A DNA stretch of 33,071 bases from a virus. Taxonomy: Duplodnaviria; Caudoviricetes. The DNA is taken from positions 1-33,071 of IMG/VR virus record IMGVR_UViG_3300025389_000062. One strand, written 5' to 3'. The notes beneath the pieces are model-generated. The model worked only from the letters and a program-made list of their open reading frames with translations. It did no database searches and was not told the origin of the DNA. Positions 24,615 through 33,071 of this stretch are shown one piece after another; within the stretch, counting starts at the first letter, position 1, and each line of letters starts with the position of its first letter. A program made the position numbers and the translations under genes.

Positions 24615-27600
24615 TTCTTAGCCTTTCCCGCTGGTGCTTGTGCTACCACTTTCATTTTACCACTTGTTGCTCCAGTAGCAGCTGCTTTTCCTAGGTCTCC
24701 CGCTGCACCCTTAAGTTGTGCGACAACTGTTGAATCAACAGAACCGCCGAGATTGAACTGGAAGTTTTGCTGTATACCACCAGCAGCAACGGATCCTCCA
24801 ATTGAAGCAGATGCTGAGGCAGTTGGTGTTGGAAGATTAACGGAAAGTTTTGAAGGGTCTACATACTTACCTGTCTTTGAATCCCAGACTGTTCCTATCT
24901 TACCAGAACCCATTAATTCAACTTTTCCGCCTTTTAGTTGTGCAAATAAATATTGCATATCATTATGATCAAAAGTAACGTAATTTCTGCCTTTTGGATC
25001 AGTTGGAGCTGTGTATTGACTATCTATAAGCTTTGTAATTCCTTGACGACTATTTTCTGTTAACCCAAGAGACCACTTGCCAGCTATATTATTCCATTGT
25101 GCAGGATCAAAATTTGCTTTTCCTCCATCCCACCAACTTGTGTTTCCAACTTTAGCAGCTTTAGCAGCATTGTAAGCAGCACCTAAGCTAGGTATATTGT
25201 TTGGTGTTGCTAGCTGACCAAATGCTACTGTTGGCGGTGCTGCTGGGACACTAGTATCAGCTGCAACTTTTGCTGCAGTTGACGAAACTACAGCAGATGT
25301 ATTTGCTTGAATAGCAGCAGCCAGCTTGCTCTGTTGATCAGTTAAATCTGCAATTTGGTTAGCAAGTGCATCTGATTGATTTTGTAGAGAATTAGCTTTT
25401 GTTTGTGCATTAAATGACATTGTGTTATATGCAGCTTGTTGTTTATATTGAGCAGCTTTAATATAATTTCCACTTTCAAGTGCAGTTTTTGCATCTTCTG
25501 CTGCTGTTGTTTGTGCAGCTTGATATTGCATTTGTCTTTGCATTTCAGCAGTAATATCTTTTTGAGTTTTTAATTCTGCATCAATAATTTTCTTTTTATC
25601 AGTTAATGTTCTAATTTGTGCTTTTAACGATGCATCGGTTGCAGCTTGAGATGCAGTACTAATCCCGCCATTTGCTGCTGCTGATGACGCATTAGCTGCT
25701 GCTGCTTGATCTAATTTAAGTTTATTTTTTGCTGCTTGAATTGCTGCTTCAATTGCTGCATCATCTTTTTTATTGTTTGCTGCAAATGGCAATCCAGGTC
25801 CAGAGCCTGTTGTATTTAATAATATGCCTAATGCACTTGCTGTTTGCATATCTTGTATCTCTGGTCCAGTAAAGCCTGCTGCTTTAAAGTTTTGAATCAT
25901 GCCAGCAGCTTTGGTGTCACCTACTGAATTTAGATGATTAATCAATCCAGTTAGATACTCGTCAGATGTTTTTGCAGATGATCCAATGGCATCAATAATT
26001 GATTTATATGTATCCCAAGAAGTTGTATTTACTGCCACATCTGACAATGTTCCCACAAAAGTTTCAAATTCTTTAGTGCCTGGCTTTAAACTTGCAAGTG
26101 TTGTTTTAATTGCTTGAAGTTGATTTGCTGGTGTATTTGTTGTTGCTCCTGCTGCATTGTGTCCAGTGGACGCAAGCATTAATTGAATTAATGAATTTGC
26201 TTGAGTTTGGCTTATTCCGTTAATTGCCATTTCTGAAGCTGCAAATTGTTGTGCAATTTTTGCTGCTGAACCGTCATCAGAAATGCCTTTTAGTTGTTGC
26301 ATAACTAATGATAGTTGATTATCTTTTGGAAGATTATTTACATGGTCTGTAAATGTTTTAATTTGATCGTTAGATACGGATAATCCTTTAGCAAGATCTG
26401 GACCTGATGTTGTAGCAACTTTATCTAATATGTCATTAAACTGTGTCATAACGTGGGTTGTATTTGCTACAGTTCCACCAATTAATTGTACTGCATCTGT
26501 ATTTCCTGAAGTATCTGCTGCTACTTGTGCATTATGAGTATGAATATCTTGAATAATCTTATCTATGCCTTTATAGGCAAGGGTAATTGCTGCAGTTCCC
26601 GCCATAATTTCTGGAGTAAATGCATTGAGTCCAGGTATCATAGCTACTGCTGATCCAACCATACCCGCATTACTTAATACACTGCCAGCTGTTCCGTTTA
26701 CTTTTCCTACAAGTGGAGCAGCCATCATAGCTGCCATTCCTGCACCCATACCACTTGTCATGGTTGCTTTAATCTTTTGCATCATTGTAGAGCCTGCTCT
26801 GGTAGCAGTCTCTCCTGCTGCAGTTTCAATCATAGATGCATTTTCTGTTATGGCGGTAGCAGTAGACTCAGTTAATGTTTTACCAACATTAGTTCCTATT
26901 TCTTCAACTTTAGGAACAACTTTTTGTGCACCCAAATCAATTCCGTCACCAAAATCAATTGCTAGCTGCTCTCCTTCTTTTGATGGAGATGCTGCTTTTA
27001 TTGCTTCTCTTGAAGATGTAACTAATGTCTCACCAATTTTAGTTCCTGATGCCTTTTCTTGAGCAAGAATGTTGGCTATTGCTGAATCATAACCTTGTTC
27101 AACTTCTGATTGGAATGAAGCTGCTGTTCCACTAAACTCTGTTCCTCTTCTTGCTTTGGAAGCTAACGCTGCACCACCCGCCGTTGTTGTTTGTGCACCA
27201 AAAGCTCTTCTTCTAGATGCTTTTCCTGACGAACTTGTGTAGTTAGTTCTTGTCTCAGTCATTCCATAAAGATTTGAAGTATTGTAACCATTTTGCTTAG
27301 CAACATCTTCAACAGCAGAACCTAATATATCTCCAGATATTTGTTCTTCTCTAGAAACAACATCTGCTATATGAGTTTTTCCACTTGCTTTTGCTTCTTC
27401 AAGCTTTGCAATTAAAGCAGAATCAATTTTTGCTGCCGTTGCAACCCTGTCTTTTGCAGCTACACCTATGTCATCCATTATTGTGCTGTATGCAACCAAT
27501 GGATCGTGTTTTACAACACCCTTACCCGCTTGAAGTTCTGTTGGTGTTCCAGACAAATATGATTTCATTGCATCTATTGAAAGGTTGCCACCCGCTTGTG

Positions 27601-29983
27601 CTTGGTTTACTTGTCTATCATAACCAGATACAAAAGCATTTTTAATCTTAGGATCATTTGCAATTTCTTCTGCACTATAGCCAAACTTTTGTTGTGCCAT
27701 AGCTTGATGTTGAGGTGAAAGTTGACTATACTGAACTGATCCGCTTGGCCCTGGCTCATAAACTGTTCCATCTGGCATAACAATTTTTGCAGACATATGA
27801 GAAAGGTCTCTTCCTCTAAACATGTCTGATATAGCTTGCTTACCAGTAGCAAATGATGGGAATTTGCCAGTAATAATTGCATTAATTATGTCTGCATATT
27901 TAATTGATTTATCTGCAGGAATAATTGTTTCACCATTAGATACTCTTGCAATAATACTATCTGAAGTTCCCGACCCAGGTCCTACAATTTTTCCAGCTGC
28001 AAATCCTGGAATTTTTGCTTGTTCGTAAACTCTTGTTTCTGCTTGTGCCACACCAGCAATTGTTGTTGCAAGATCTTGAATTCCCGCACCAGCATTCATT
28101 GTGCTTATCATTGCTGTAAGATTGTTTGTTAAATCTTTAATTGATGTGCTTAAAAGATTAATCGCATCTACATCCCCAATAATTCCCTTGCTGAATAATT
28201 CTGCAGCATTTTGAGATGCAACAAGCTCTGGGGTTAATAGTTGTCCGAGCGTTTTACCGCCAGTAACTAACTGCTTTAGATTAAATGCACCTCTTAATAG
28301 GTAGCCAGCAAAGTTAGCCAGCAAACCAGTTAACATGATGATAGGTCCAGACAGGGCAACAAATCCTGCCATAATTCCCAGCACCATCTTTACTGGTGCT
28401 GGAAGACCACTAAACACCTTAGATACGGCATTACCAAATTTAAGAATTTCAGTTCCTACTTTGATAATTGTTTGTCCTATTGGATATAAGTCTGCCTTTA
28501 ATGTTTGCAATGCAATTTGCCATTGAGCTGATGGAGAAGAAGTTGCTTTTTTCATTTCTTGGTTTGCAAGATTTGTTAACTCAGAAGATGTTGCACCAGC
28601 AACTTTAAGTGCATTAACTGTTTGCGACCCTACTTGACCAAAGTTAGCAATAAGTGCTGACATTCTAGTGAATTGAAATTTACCAAATAGTTTTTCAATT
28701 AATTGTTCTCTTACAAGTGGCGACAAGCCCTTTAAAGAATTTTGAAGATCTTGAATCATGGCAACTGGACCATTGTCATGTTTTATTTTATCTAAGCTGA
28801 TTCCGTACTTTGCAAATTCTTTATTTGCAGCAGAAGATGGTGCAATAATAGAAGCAAATGCTGTTTTTAATGCGTTAGCTGCTTGTGCTGCTGGAACACC
28901 AGCTTCTTTCATTGCAAGCAACATAATGGCTGTATCTTTATAGCTACCGCCCAATTGATCAATAATAGGTCCAACTCTTGATTCTGCTTGAACAAGATCT
29001 GTCATAGAAAGAGATGTTTGCTTCTGCATGGCTCCAAGGAAGTTAACAGCATCTGCAGTTCCCGTAGTGCTTAACTTATAAACATTTTGAAGGGCAATCA
29101 TTGCATTTGTAGCTGTTGTTTGATCTAGATTGCCTAGCTTTGCTAGTCTTTCTGTTTGTGCAGTAATATCCAATAATTGCTGACCCTGCTTACCCATAGC
29201 AGCAAATGATGCTGCAGTAGCAATAGTATCAGATTGAGCAATACCCATTGTTGAAGCAATGCTTTTACCTAAGTCTAGAACCTGATTAGAAATGTTTTGA
29301 ATGGTTTGATCACTTGGAGGAATAAGTCCTTCTCCATAAACTTTTTGAAGTTGAGTTAAAGCAGTGTTAACTTTATCAAACTGAGAAACGGCCTGTTGAC
29401 CAAAAAGTAAAAGTGGCATAGACATACCAACAGTTAGCTGACGACCCGCCCATTGTGTATTTTTACCAAAGTTAATAAGTGCTTGCGATCCTTTGTTAAC
29501 CGCTATAGCATATAGGTTTGCCTCATTAGCTGCAATTTTTGTAGAGTTTGCAATAAGATCAATATTTTTTGGAGTATAAACAGAGTAGAACCCTTGCTTT
29601 GTAGGGTCTGAGGTAATAATAGAATTTTGTAATTTAGTTTGCTCTACAGCAAGAGCTTTGATGCTATTTGTTGCTGCACCATTTTGCTTTGTAATGATTT
29701 GATAATAGTTGCCAAGCCCAAGGCTGCCTTTTTGAAGGGCTGCACCAAACTTTTCAGTTTCTGTTTGAAGAGAAATTGTTTGTTTTGAAAATTGACCACT
29801 TGCAACCAATGCGTTGCTAAAATCATTTGTTATTGATTGAAGATTTTTAGATAGTACAGGATTTAAACCAAGGCCACCAGTTGCTTTATTTAATAAAGCA
29901 ACTTGTGCCTGCAATGCTTTTATTTGATTTTGTACAGAAGAGAAATCACCAAGTGCAACTATATTTAATTCAATATTAGCCAT
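24611..29983 (-). CDS. tape measure protein
   Basis: 1790 aa, Ala-rich and helical. TP901-like core (KNTQWAGRQLTVG, MKEAGVPAAQAANALK, LIEKLFGKFQF), hydrophobic segments; follows the frameshifted chaperone pair. Confidence 0.95.
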   Translation of the reverse strand: MANIELNIVALGDFSSVQNQIKALQAQVALLNKATGGLGLNPVLSKNLQSITNDFSNALVASGQFSKQTISLQTETEKFGAALQKGSLGLGNYYQIITKQNGAATNSIKALAVEQTKLQNSIITSDPTKQGFYSVYTPKNIDLIANSTKIAANEANLYAIAVNKGSQALINFGKNTQWAGRQLTVGMSMPLLLFGQQAVSQFDKVNTALTQLQKVYGEGLIPPSDQTIQNISNQVLDLGKSIASTMGIAQSDTIATAASFAAMGKQGQQLLDITAQTERLAKLGNLDQTTATNAMIALQNVYKLSTTGTADAVNFLGAMQKQTSLSMTDLVQAESRVGPIIDQLGGSYKDTAIMLLAMKEAGVPAAQAANALKTAFASIIAPSSAANKEFAKYGISLDKIKHDNGPVAMIQDLQNSLKGLSPLVREQLIEKLFGKFQFTRMSALIANFGQVGSQTVNALKVAGATSSELTNLANQEMKKATSSPSAQWQIALQTLKADLYPIGQTIIKVGTEILKFGNAVSKVFSGLPAPVKMVLGIMAGFVALSGPIIMLTGLLANFAGYLLRGAFNLKQLVTGGKTLGQLLTPELVASQNAAELFSKGIIGDVDAINLLSTSIKDLTNNLTAMISTMNAGAGIQDLATTIAGVAQAETRVYEQAKIPGFAAGKIVGPGSGTSDSIIARVSNGETIIPADKSIKYADIINAIITGKFPSFATGKQAISDMFRGRDLSHMSAKIVMPDGTVYEPGPSGSVQYSQLSPQHQAMAQQKFGYSAEEIANDPKIKNAFVSGYDRQVNQAQAGGNLSIDAMKSYLSGTPTELQAGKGVVKHDPLVAYSTIMDDIGVAAKDRVATAAKIDSALIAKLEEAKASGKTHIADVVSREEQISGDILGSAVEDVAKQNGYNTSNLYGMTETRTNYTSSSGKASRRRAFGAQTTTAGGAALASKARRGTEFSGTAASFQSEVEQGYDSAIANILAQEKASGTKIGETLVTSSREAIKAASPSKEGEQLAIDFGDGIDLGAQKVVPKVEEIGTNVGKTLTESTATAITENASMIETAAGETATRAGSTMMQKIKATMTSGMGAGMAAMMAAPLVGKVNGTAGSVLSNAGMVGSAVAMIPGLNAFTPEIMAGTAAITLAYKGIDKIIQDIHTHNAQVAADTSGNTDAVQLIGGTVANTTHVMTQFNDILDKVATTSGPDLAKGLSVSNDQIKTFTDHVNNLPKDNQLSLVMQQLKGISDDGSAAKIAQQFAASEMAINGISQTQANSLIQLMLASTGHNAAGATTNTPANQLQAIKTTLASLKPGTKEFETFVGTLSDVAVNTTSWDTYKSIIDAIGSSAKTSDEYLTGLINHLNSVGDTKAAGMIQNFKAAGFTGPEIQDMQTASALGILLNTTGSGPGLPFAANNKKDDAAIEAAIQAAKNKLKLDQAAAANASSAAANGGISTASQAATDASLKAQIRTLTDKKKIIDAELKTQKDITAEMQRQMQYQAAQTTAAEDAKTALESGNYIKAAQYKQQAAYNTMSFNAQTKANSLQNQSDALANQIADLTDQQSKLAAAIQANTSAVVSSTAAKVAADTSVPAAPPTVAFGQLATPNNIPSLGAAYNAAKAAKVGNTSWWDGGKANFDPAQWNNIAGKWSLGLTENSRQGITKLIDSQYTAPTDPKGRNYVTFDHNDMQYLFAQLKGGKVELMGSGKIGTVWDSKTGKYVDPSKLSVNLPTPTASASASIGGSVAAGGIQQNFQFNLGGSVDSTVVAQLKGAAGDLGKAAATGATSGKMKVVAQAPAGKAKK

Positions 29984-30309
29984 TAGTCATCCACCCCCAT
30001 AACCATTATTTCCAAACCTTCATTAATTCCGAAGCCTGAATTTCTTGCTGCCAGTCCCTTTAAGTCTGCGATGTCGTCAATTGAATCATCAGATGCTTCA
30101 TTTAACTCAACACCCTGTATGGCTGCTAAGAACTTCTTATCTTCAAAATCTTTTTGCCTTTTGAAATCTAACAATGCTGTTAGTTCCTCAAGCGAAAGAT
30201 TTGATTCTAACTCGTCAAAGTTTTTCCAATGACCGAGTAAGAAAACTTCAGACTCCAGGGAGCGTAGGTCTAGTTCGTCCCAACTAGAGCCGCTCCCAGA
30301 AGATTTGGG
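29983..30309 (-). CDS. tail assembly chaperone, -1 frameshift extension (gpT-like)
   Basis: The -1 frame is open from the slippery site: PKSSGSGSSWDELDLRSLESEVFLLGHWKNFDELESNLSLEELTALLDFKRQ...GVDD. An in-frame TGA lies immediately before it. Confidence 0.85.
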   Translation of the reverse strand, partial: PKSSGSGSSWDELDLRSLESEVFLLGHWKNFDELESNLSLEELTALLDFKRQKDFEDKKFLAAIQGVELNEASDDSIDDIADLKGLAARNSGFGINEGLEIMVMGVDD

Positions 30310-30605
30310 TCAGAAAGTTTTAGTCCTCCGACTACATCTAAAATCTTCATCATTGTTGGTGTTTCAACAAGTGATTCAAACTTATCTCTATCTGATAGAT
30401 CTGGTCTATCTGTTGATTCCATGCATATTAGGGCAGCCTGAATAAATAGATCAAGTGCTGCATCTGCGTTTTCATTATCTTCAACTTGCATGTTATTGAT
30501 TATGTCCATAAATCTTCTTAACTGCTTAATAGGCAGTGGTTTTAAAGTGACGGTAGACCCATCACGTAATTCAATATCTACAATGTCGTATACAGTTGTT
30601 GCCAA
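30270..30605 (-). CDS. tail assembly chaperone (gpG-like)
   Basis: 111 aa between the major tail protein and tape measure; TTG start with AAAGGAG SD. Confidence 0.88.
   Translation of the reverse strand: MATTVYDIVDIELRDGSTVTLKPLPIKQLRRFMDIINNMQVEDNENADAALDLFIQAALICMESTDRPDLSDRDKFESLVETPTMMKILDVVGGLKLSDPNLLGAALVGTN
30303..30309 (-). other. programmed -1 ribosomal frameshift site C CCA AAT
   Basis: X XXY YYZ heptamer correctly phased in the gpG frame (GAC CCA AAT = D-P-N), near its 3' end. Confidence 0.85.
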
Positions 30606-30630
30606 GTTATAGCTCCTTTACGTTAGTTAA

Positions 30631-30639
30631 ATTATACCA
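30631..30639 (-). promoter_or_regulatory. extended -10 motif TGGTATAAT
   Basis: Between the terminator and the tail chaperone gene. Confidence 0.6.
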
Positions 30640-30663
30640 ATAAATTCAGTATAAACAAACTCA

Positions 30664-30689
30664 ATACCCCGCCATTTCTGGCGGGGCAT
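30664..30689 (-). terminator. probable intrinsic terminator after the major tail gene
   Basis: Minus strand ATGCCCCGCCA-GAAA-TGGCGGGGTAT (11-bp stem with one G-U pair, GAAA loop) followed by TGAGTTTGTTT. Confidence 0.8.
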
Positions 30690-30725
30690 CGAATATCAAT
30701 ATTAAGTTTTTTTGAAACTATTTAA

Positions 30726-31466
30726 TTAGTTAGTTCCCCATACACGGTCAATAACAACGCCGTATTCACGACCTGCATATGCTGTGTTTGAGTCATCTGG
30801 CAAGCAACGGAAGTTCACTGGGAACACTGTTGCTGCATCACGCTTAAGTGCATGCATTGTTGTATCAATTGAAACAACACGACGTGCAACATAAACACGC
30901 TCTTTATTGCGACCTGCATAGTTATTTGAACCTGCACCATCGCCAAGAGCGTATGGAGCATTTCCTACTGCAATAAGTACACGCTCTACTGGAGCATCAC
31001 CAAGAGCACCAGCTGCAAGGTTAAGTGTTGCACCTGTCTCTCCTGAAATTGGAGTTGTATCTGTCAAGTTATTTACACTTGCGATAGAAGATCCAGTGTT
31101 TGCATAGTAAGAATCCATTTGACCCCATGATAACTGAAGGTTTTCAAGTGTTGCTTCTGTAAGCTCTGTTTTGAGCATTACCTTGAGTGCTGACTTGAAA
31201 AGTCTAGCTGCATCAAGAAGCTGATCAACCTGTACTTCGTTATATGTTGGTTCGTAAGAAATTTCAAAACCTGTGCTTGTAAATCCGACCTCACGATAAT
31301 CTGCACTCTGGATTAAACCAGTACGTGCTGATTGACCTGTGCTTGTTCCGAAAAGGGTTTTAAGCGACGCTGGGTCTGTTGCTGGGCGAGTACCATTAAT
31401 TCCATCATTATTGCTAATGAAAATATCTGCTGCACCAACAATTACGTTTTTAGTATTTGTAGCCAT
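30726..31466 (-). CDS. major tail (tube) protein
   Basis: NVIVGAADIF, VGFTSTGFEISYEP...VDQLLD, TELTEATLENL, FPVNFRCLP; position upstream of the chaperones. Confidence 0.9.
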   Translation of the reverse strand: MATNTKNVIVGAADIFISNNDGINGTRPATDPASLKTLFGTSTGQSARTGLIQSADYREVGFTSTGFEISYEPTYNEVQVDQLLDAARLFKSALKVMLKTELTEATLENLQLSWGQMDSYYANTGSSIASVNNLTDTTPISGETGATLNLAAGALGDAPVERVLIAVGNAPYALGDGAGSNNYAGRNKERVYVARRVVSIDTTMHALKRDAATVFPVNFRCLPDDSNTAYAGREYGVVIDRVWGTN

Positions 31467-31563
31467 ATTTTATTTTTCACCACCTTATTTATTTTTAATA
31501 AAAAAGATAACAATTTGCTTCCTCATAGAAAATCATATCACTAATGTCTAATAAATCAAATTT

Positions 31564-32076
31564 TTAAGCAAATCTACCGTCAAGGCTATTTACCTCTCTG
31601 GTGTAGGCATACCCTATTGACAAGTCTCCCGACATGTAACCGCCCTCATCATCAAAATACTGAATTGGGTCTGCGGACTCTAGGTTGAACCATAGGAATG
31701 TAAATGGGCTATCTTCGCTTATCTTTAAGTTTATGTCTCTGGCTGACAAGTCATATCTTCTGAAGACATCTATAAGGAAGTTTGTGATTGTTTGAATTTC
31801 AGAGGCATTTCTAGAGACAATCTCAAGTATTATAGATTCTGACGATAACCACCATTGCACCCCATATTTCTTTTGGACTACATTGTAAACAATATAGGTT
31901 TTTCCTGGCAACAAATTGTTAAGTTCAGGAACTTGCTGAGCTGGGACAATAGGTACTATAGGTTCGGCAAAGCCATCGGCATAATAATCATTTATGTCAA
32001 ATAAACCCGAGTCTTGAAGCTCTTGCCACATAGCATCTCTTAAATCATAAGCTGCTACATATGTATAATCTGTCAT
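31564..32076 (-). CDS. putative tail terminator / tail completion protein
   Basis: 170 aa, acidic, immediately upstream of the major tail gene. The call rests mainly on position. Confidence 0.65.
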   Translation of the reverse strand: MTDYTYVAAYDLRDAMWQELQDSGLFDINDYYADGFAEPIVPIVPAQQVPELNNLLPGKTYIVYNVVQKKYGVQWWLSSESIILEIVSRNASEIQTITNFLIDVFRRYDLSARDINLKISEDSPFTFLWFNLESADPIQYFDDEGGYMSGDLSIGYAYTREVNSLDGRFA

Positions 32077-32792
32077 CTAATTACCGCCCTATCTAGATCT
32101 GAGGACTGAACTATATTAGCTACAGCCCTTCTAACTGTGTTTATGTTTGAACCATTTTTACTTAATTCAATTGAAACGTCATTAGCTATTCTCTCATATA
32201 AACCAGATGAATTCATAATATCAGTTCCGTGTTCAAGGTACCAGCTAAGCATAAATTCTGCAAAAGCATTTTTTACGCCCTTACCTCCTGGGTTTAGTAT
32301 GTTAATTTGTTTGCCTGGTTTTATAAATACCATTCCATCAGAGCCAACAAAAGCTAAAATTTTCTTTGCAACAAAACTTACAGATCTTCCCTCTTCCATT
32401 ACAGTTGCTTTTTCTGCAAATATAGACCTGGAGGAAACAACCTTTCCTGTTCGTGAAGGTATTAAAAGTTCTGGATTTATTGGAACTGGTAATCTAGAGG
32501 GTAAGAAATTTGTATTAATAACCAACATTCCATTTAAAACGCTTTGCCTTTCCATGACAAAAAGTCTACCTGAAGGAAGACCTATTTGCCCCCACTCATA
32601 AACGTGGTGCATTTTTTTAGGATTTGCTCTTGCATAATTATCTGCTGCAACTACAAATCTTTCTGTTGTTATTGAAAAAACCGCTTTTGCAATTTCAGTT
32701 AAAACAGAAGGCCTTGCTAATTCTTTTATTGCAGAAAGCATATTGTCAGTTTCTGTTACCAACTGCTTTGAATCAATTTCCAGTCGGATCAT
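32073..32792 (-). CDS. putative neck/tail completion protein
   Basis: 239 aa with a HHVYEW..G....RLF motif; position in the head-tail joining block. Confidence 0.6.
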   Translation of the reverse strand: MIRLEIDSKQLVTETDNMLSAIKELARPSVLTEIAKAVFSITTERFVVAADNYARANPKKMHHVYEWGQIGLPSGRLFVMERQSVLNGMLVINTNFLPSRLPVPINPELLIPSRTGKVVSSRSIFAEKATVMEEGRSVSFVAKKILAFVGSDGMVFIKPGKQINILNPGGKGVKNAFAEFMLSWYLEHGTDIMNSSGLYERIANDVSIELSKNGSNINTVRRAVANIVQSSDLDRAVIR

Positions 32793-33071
32793 TGTCTTGC
32801 ACCTGTACCCTTAGAAGAACTGCTTCAAAATAGGACACCCTGCCAAATGGGTCCAGGGTTGCGTGTGAAGAAGTAACTTCAAAGATTGTATCTGGCTCTC
32901 CGTACTTATCAATTTCAATAAAAACTGGTTTATTATCGCTTGACCTTATATTTGTAACACGCCATCTTTTACTTAAAAGTTCATTACATTTGATGCGAAG
33001 TTGAAACTTTTCTGTATACGCACCTTCAGCACCTGTTCCAAACTTTTTATTATCTGTTCTAGTGGATGAAC
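32773..33071 (-). CDS. putative head-tail adaptor/closure protein, C-terminal part (missing from the ORF track)
   Basis: Manual translation: ...SSTRTDNKKFGTGAEGAYTEKFQLRIKCNELLSKRWRVTNIRSSDNKPVFIEIDKYGEPDTIFEVTSSHATLDPFGRVSYFEAVLLRVQVQDNDPTGN*. Open to the window edge. Confidence 0.7.
   Translation of the reverse strand, partial: SSTRTDNKKFGTGAEGAYTEKFQLRIKCNELLSKRWRVTNIRSSDNKPVFIEIDKYGEPDTIFEVTSSHATLDPFGRVSYFEAVLLRVQVQDNDPTGN

Noticed and set aside
1549-32833. All plus-strand ORFs in the track (e.g. 1549..1968, 2578..3021, 13987..14313, 24582..24968, 26625..27062, 32137..32601)
   Set aside because: They are antisense shadows of well-supported minus-strand genes and contain no recognisable motifs.
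1-33071. Alternative genetic code, tRNA genes, integrase or IS elements
   Set aside because: Long genes are intact under the standard code with all three stop codons used. The intergenic gaps are short and showed no cloverleaf by eye, and no recombinase or transposase motifs were found.

Overview
This is a 33 kb piece of a large, AT-rich tailed phage genome. It looks siphovirus-like: a tail tube protein, a 1790-aa tape measure, and no sheath gene. Every credible gene is on the minus strand. In transcription order (right to left) it carries: (1) head-tail joining genes, the major tail protein, a tail assembly chaperone pair joined by a clear -1 frameshift (C CCA AAT), the tape measure, a distal tail protein and three large minor tail/fibre proteins; (2) an accessory block containing an 850-aa fibre with about 37 AV(S/T)P tetrapeptide repeats, two small paralogous proteins, a Cys-rich DUF6171-like protein, two 2OG-Fe(II) prolyl-hydroxylase-like oxygenases, a two-repeat protein, an HNH nuclease, a metallophosphoesterase and a holin-like protein; (3) a replication module with DnaB helicase, primase, gp32-like SSB, DnaE polymerase with an intact PHP site, and RecA (cut by the window edge). 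The gene content and order resemble large actinobacterial siphoviruses (inference, not searched). The best candidate for an undescribed system is a phage-encoded modification pathway for a virion protein, with the Pro/Ser/Thr-rich fibre repeats as putative substrate of the neighbouring hydroxylases. All product calls come from reading motifs by eye; no database search was run.
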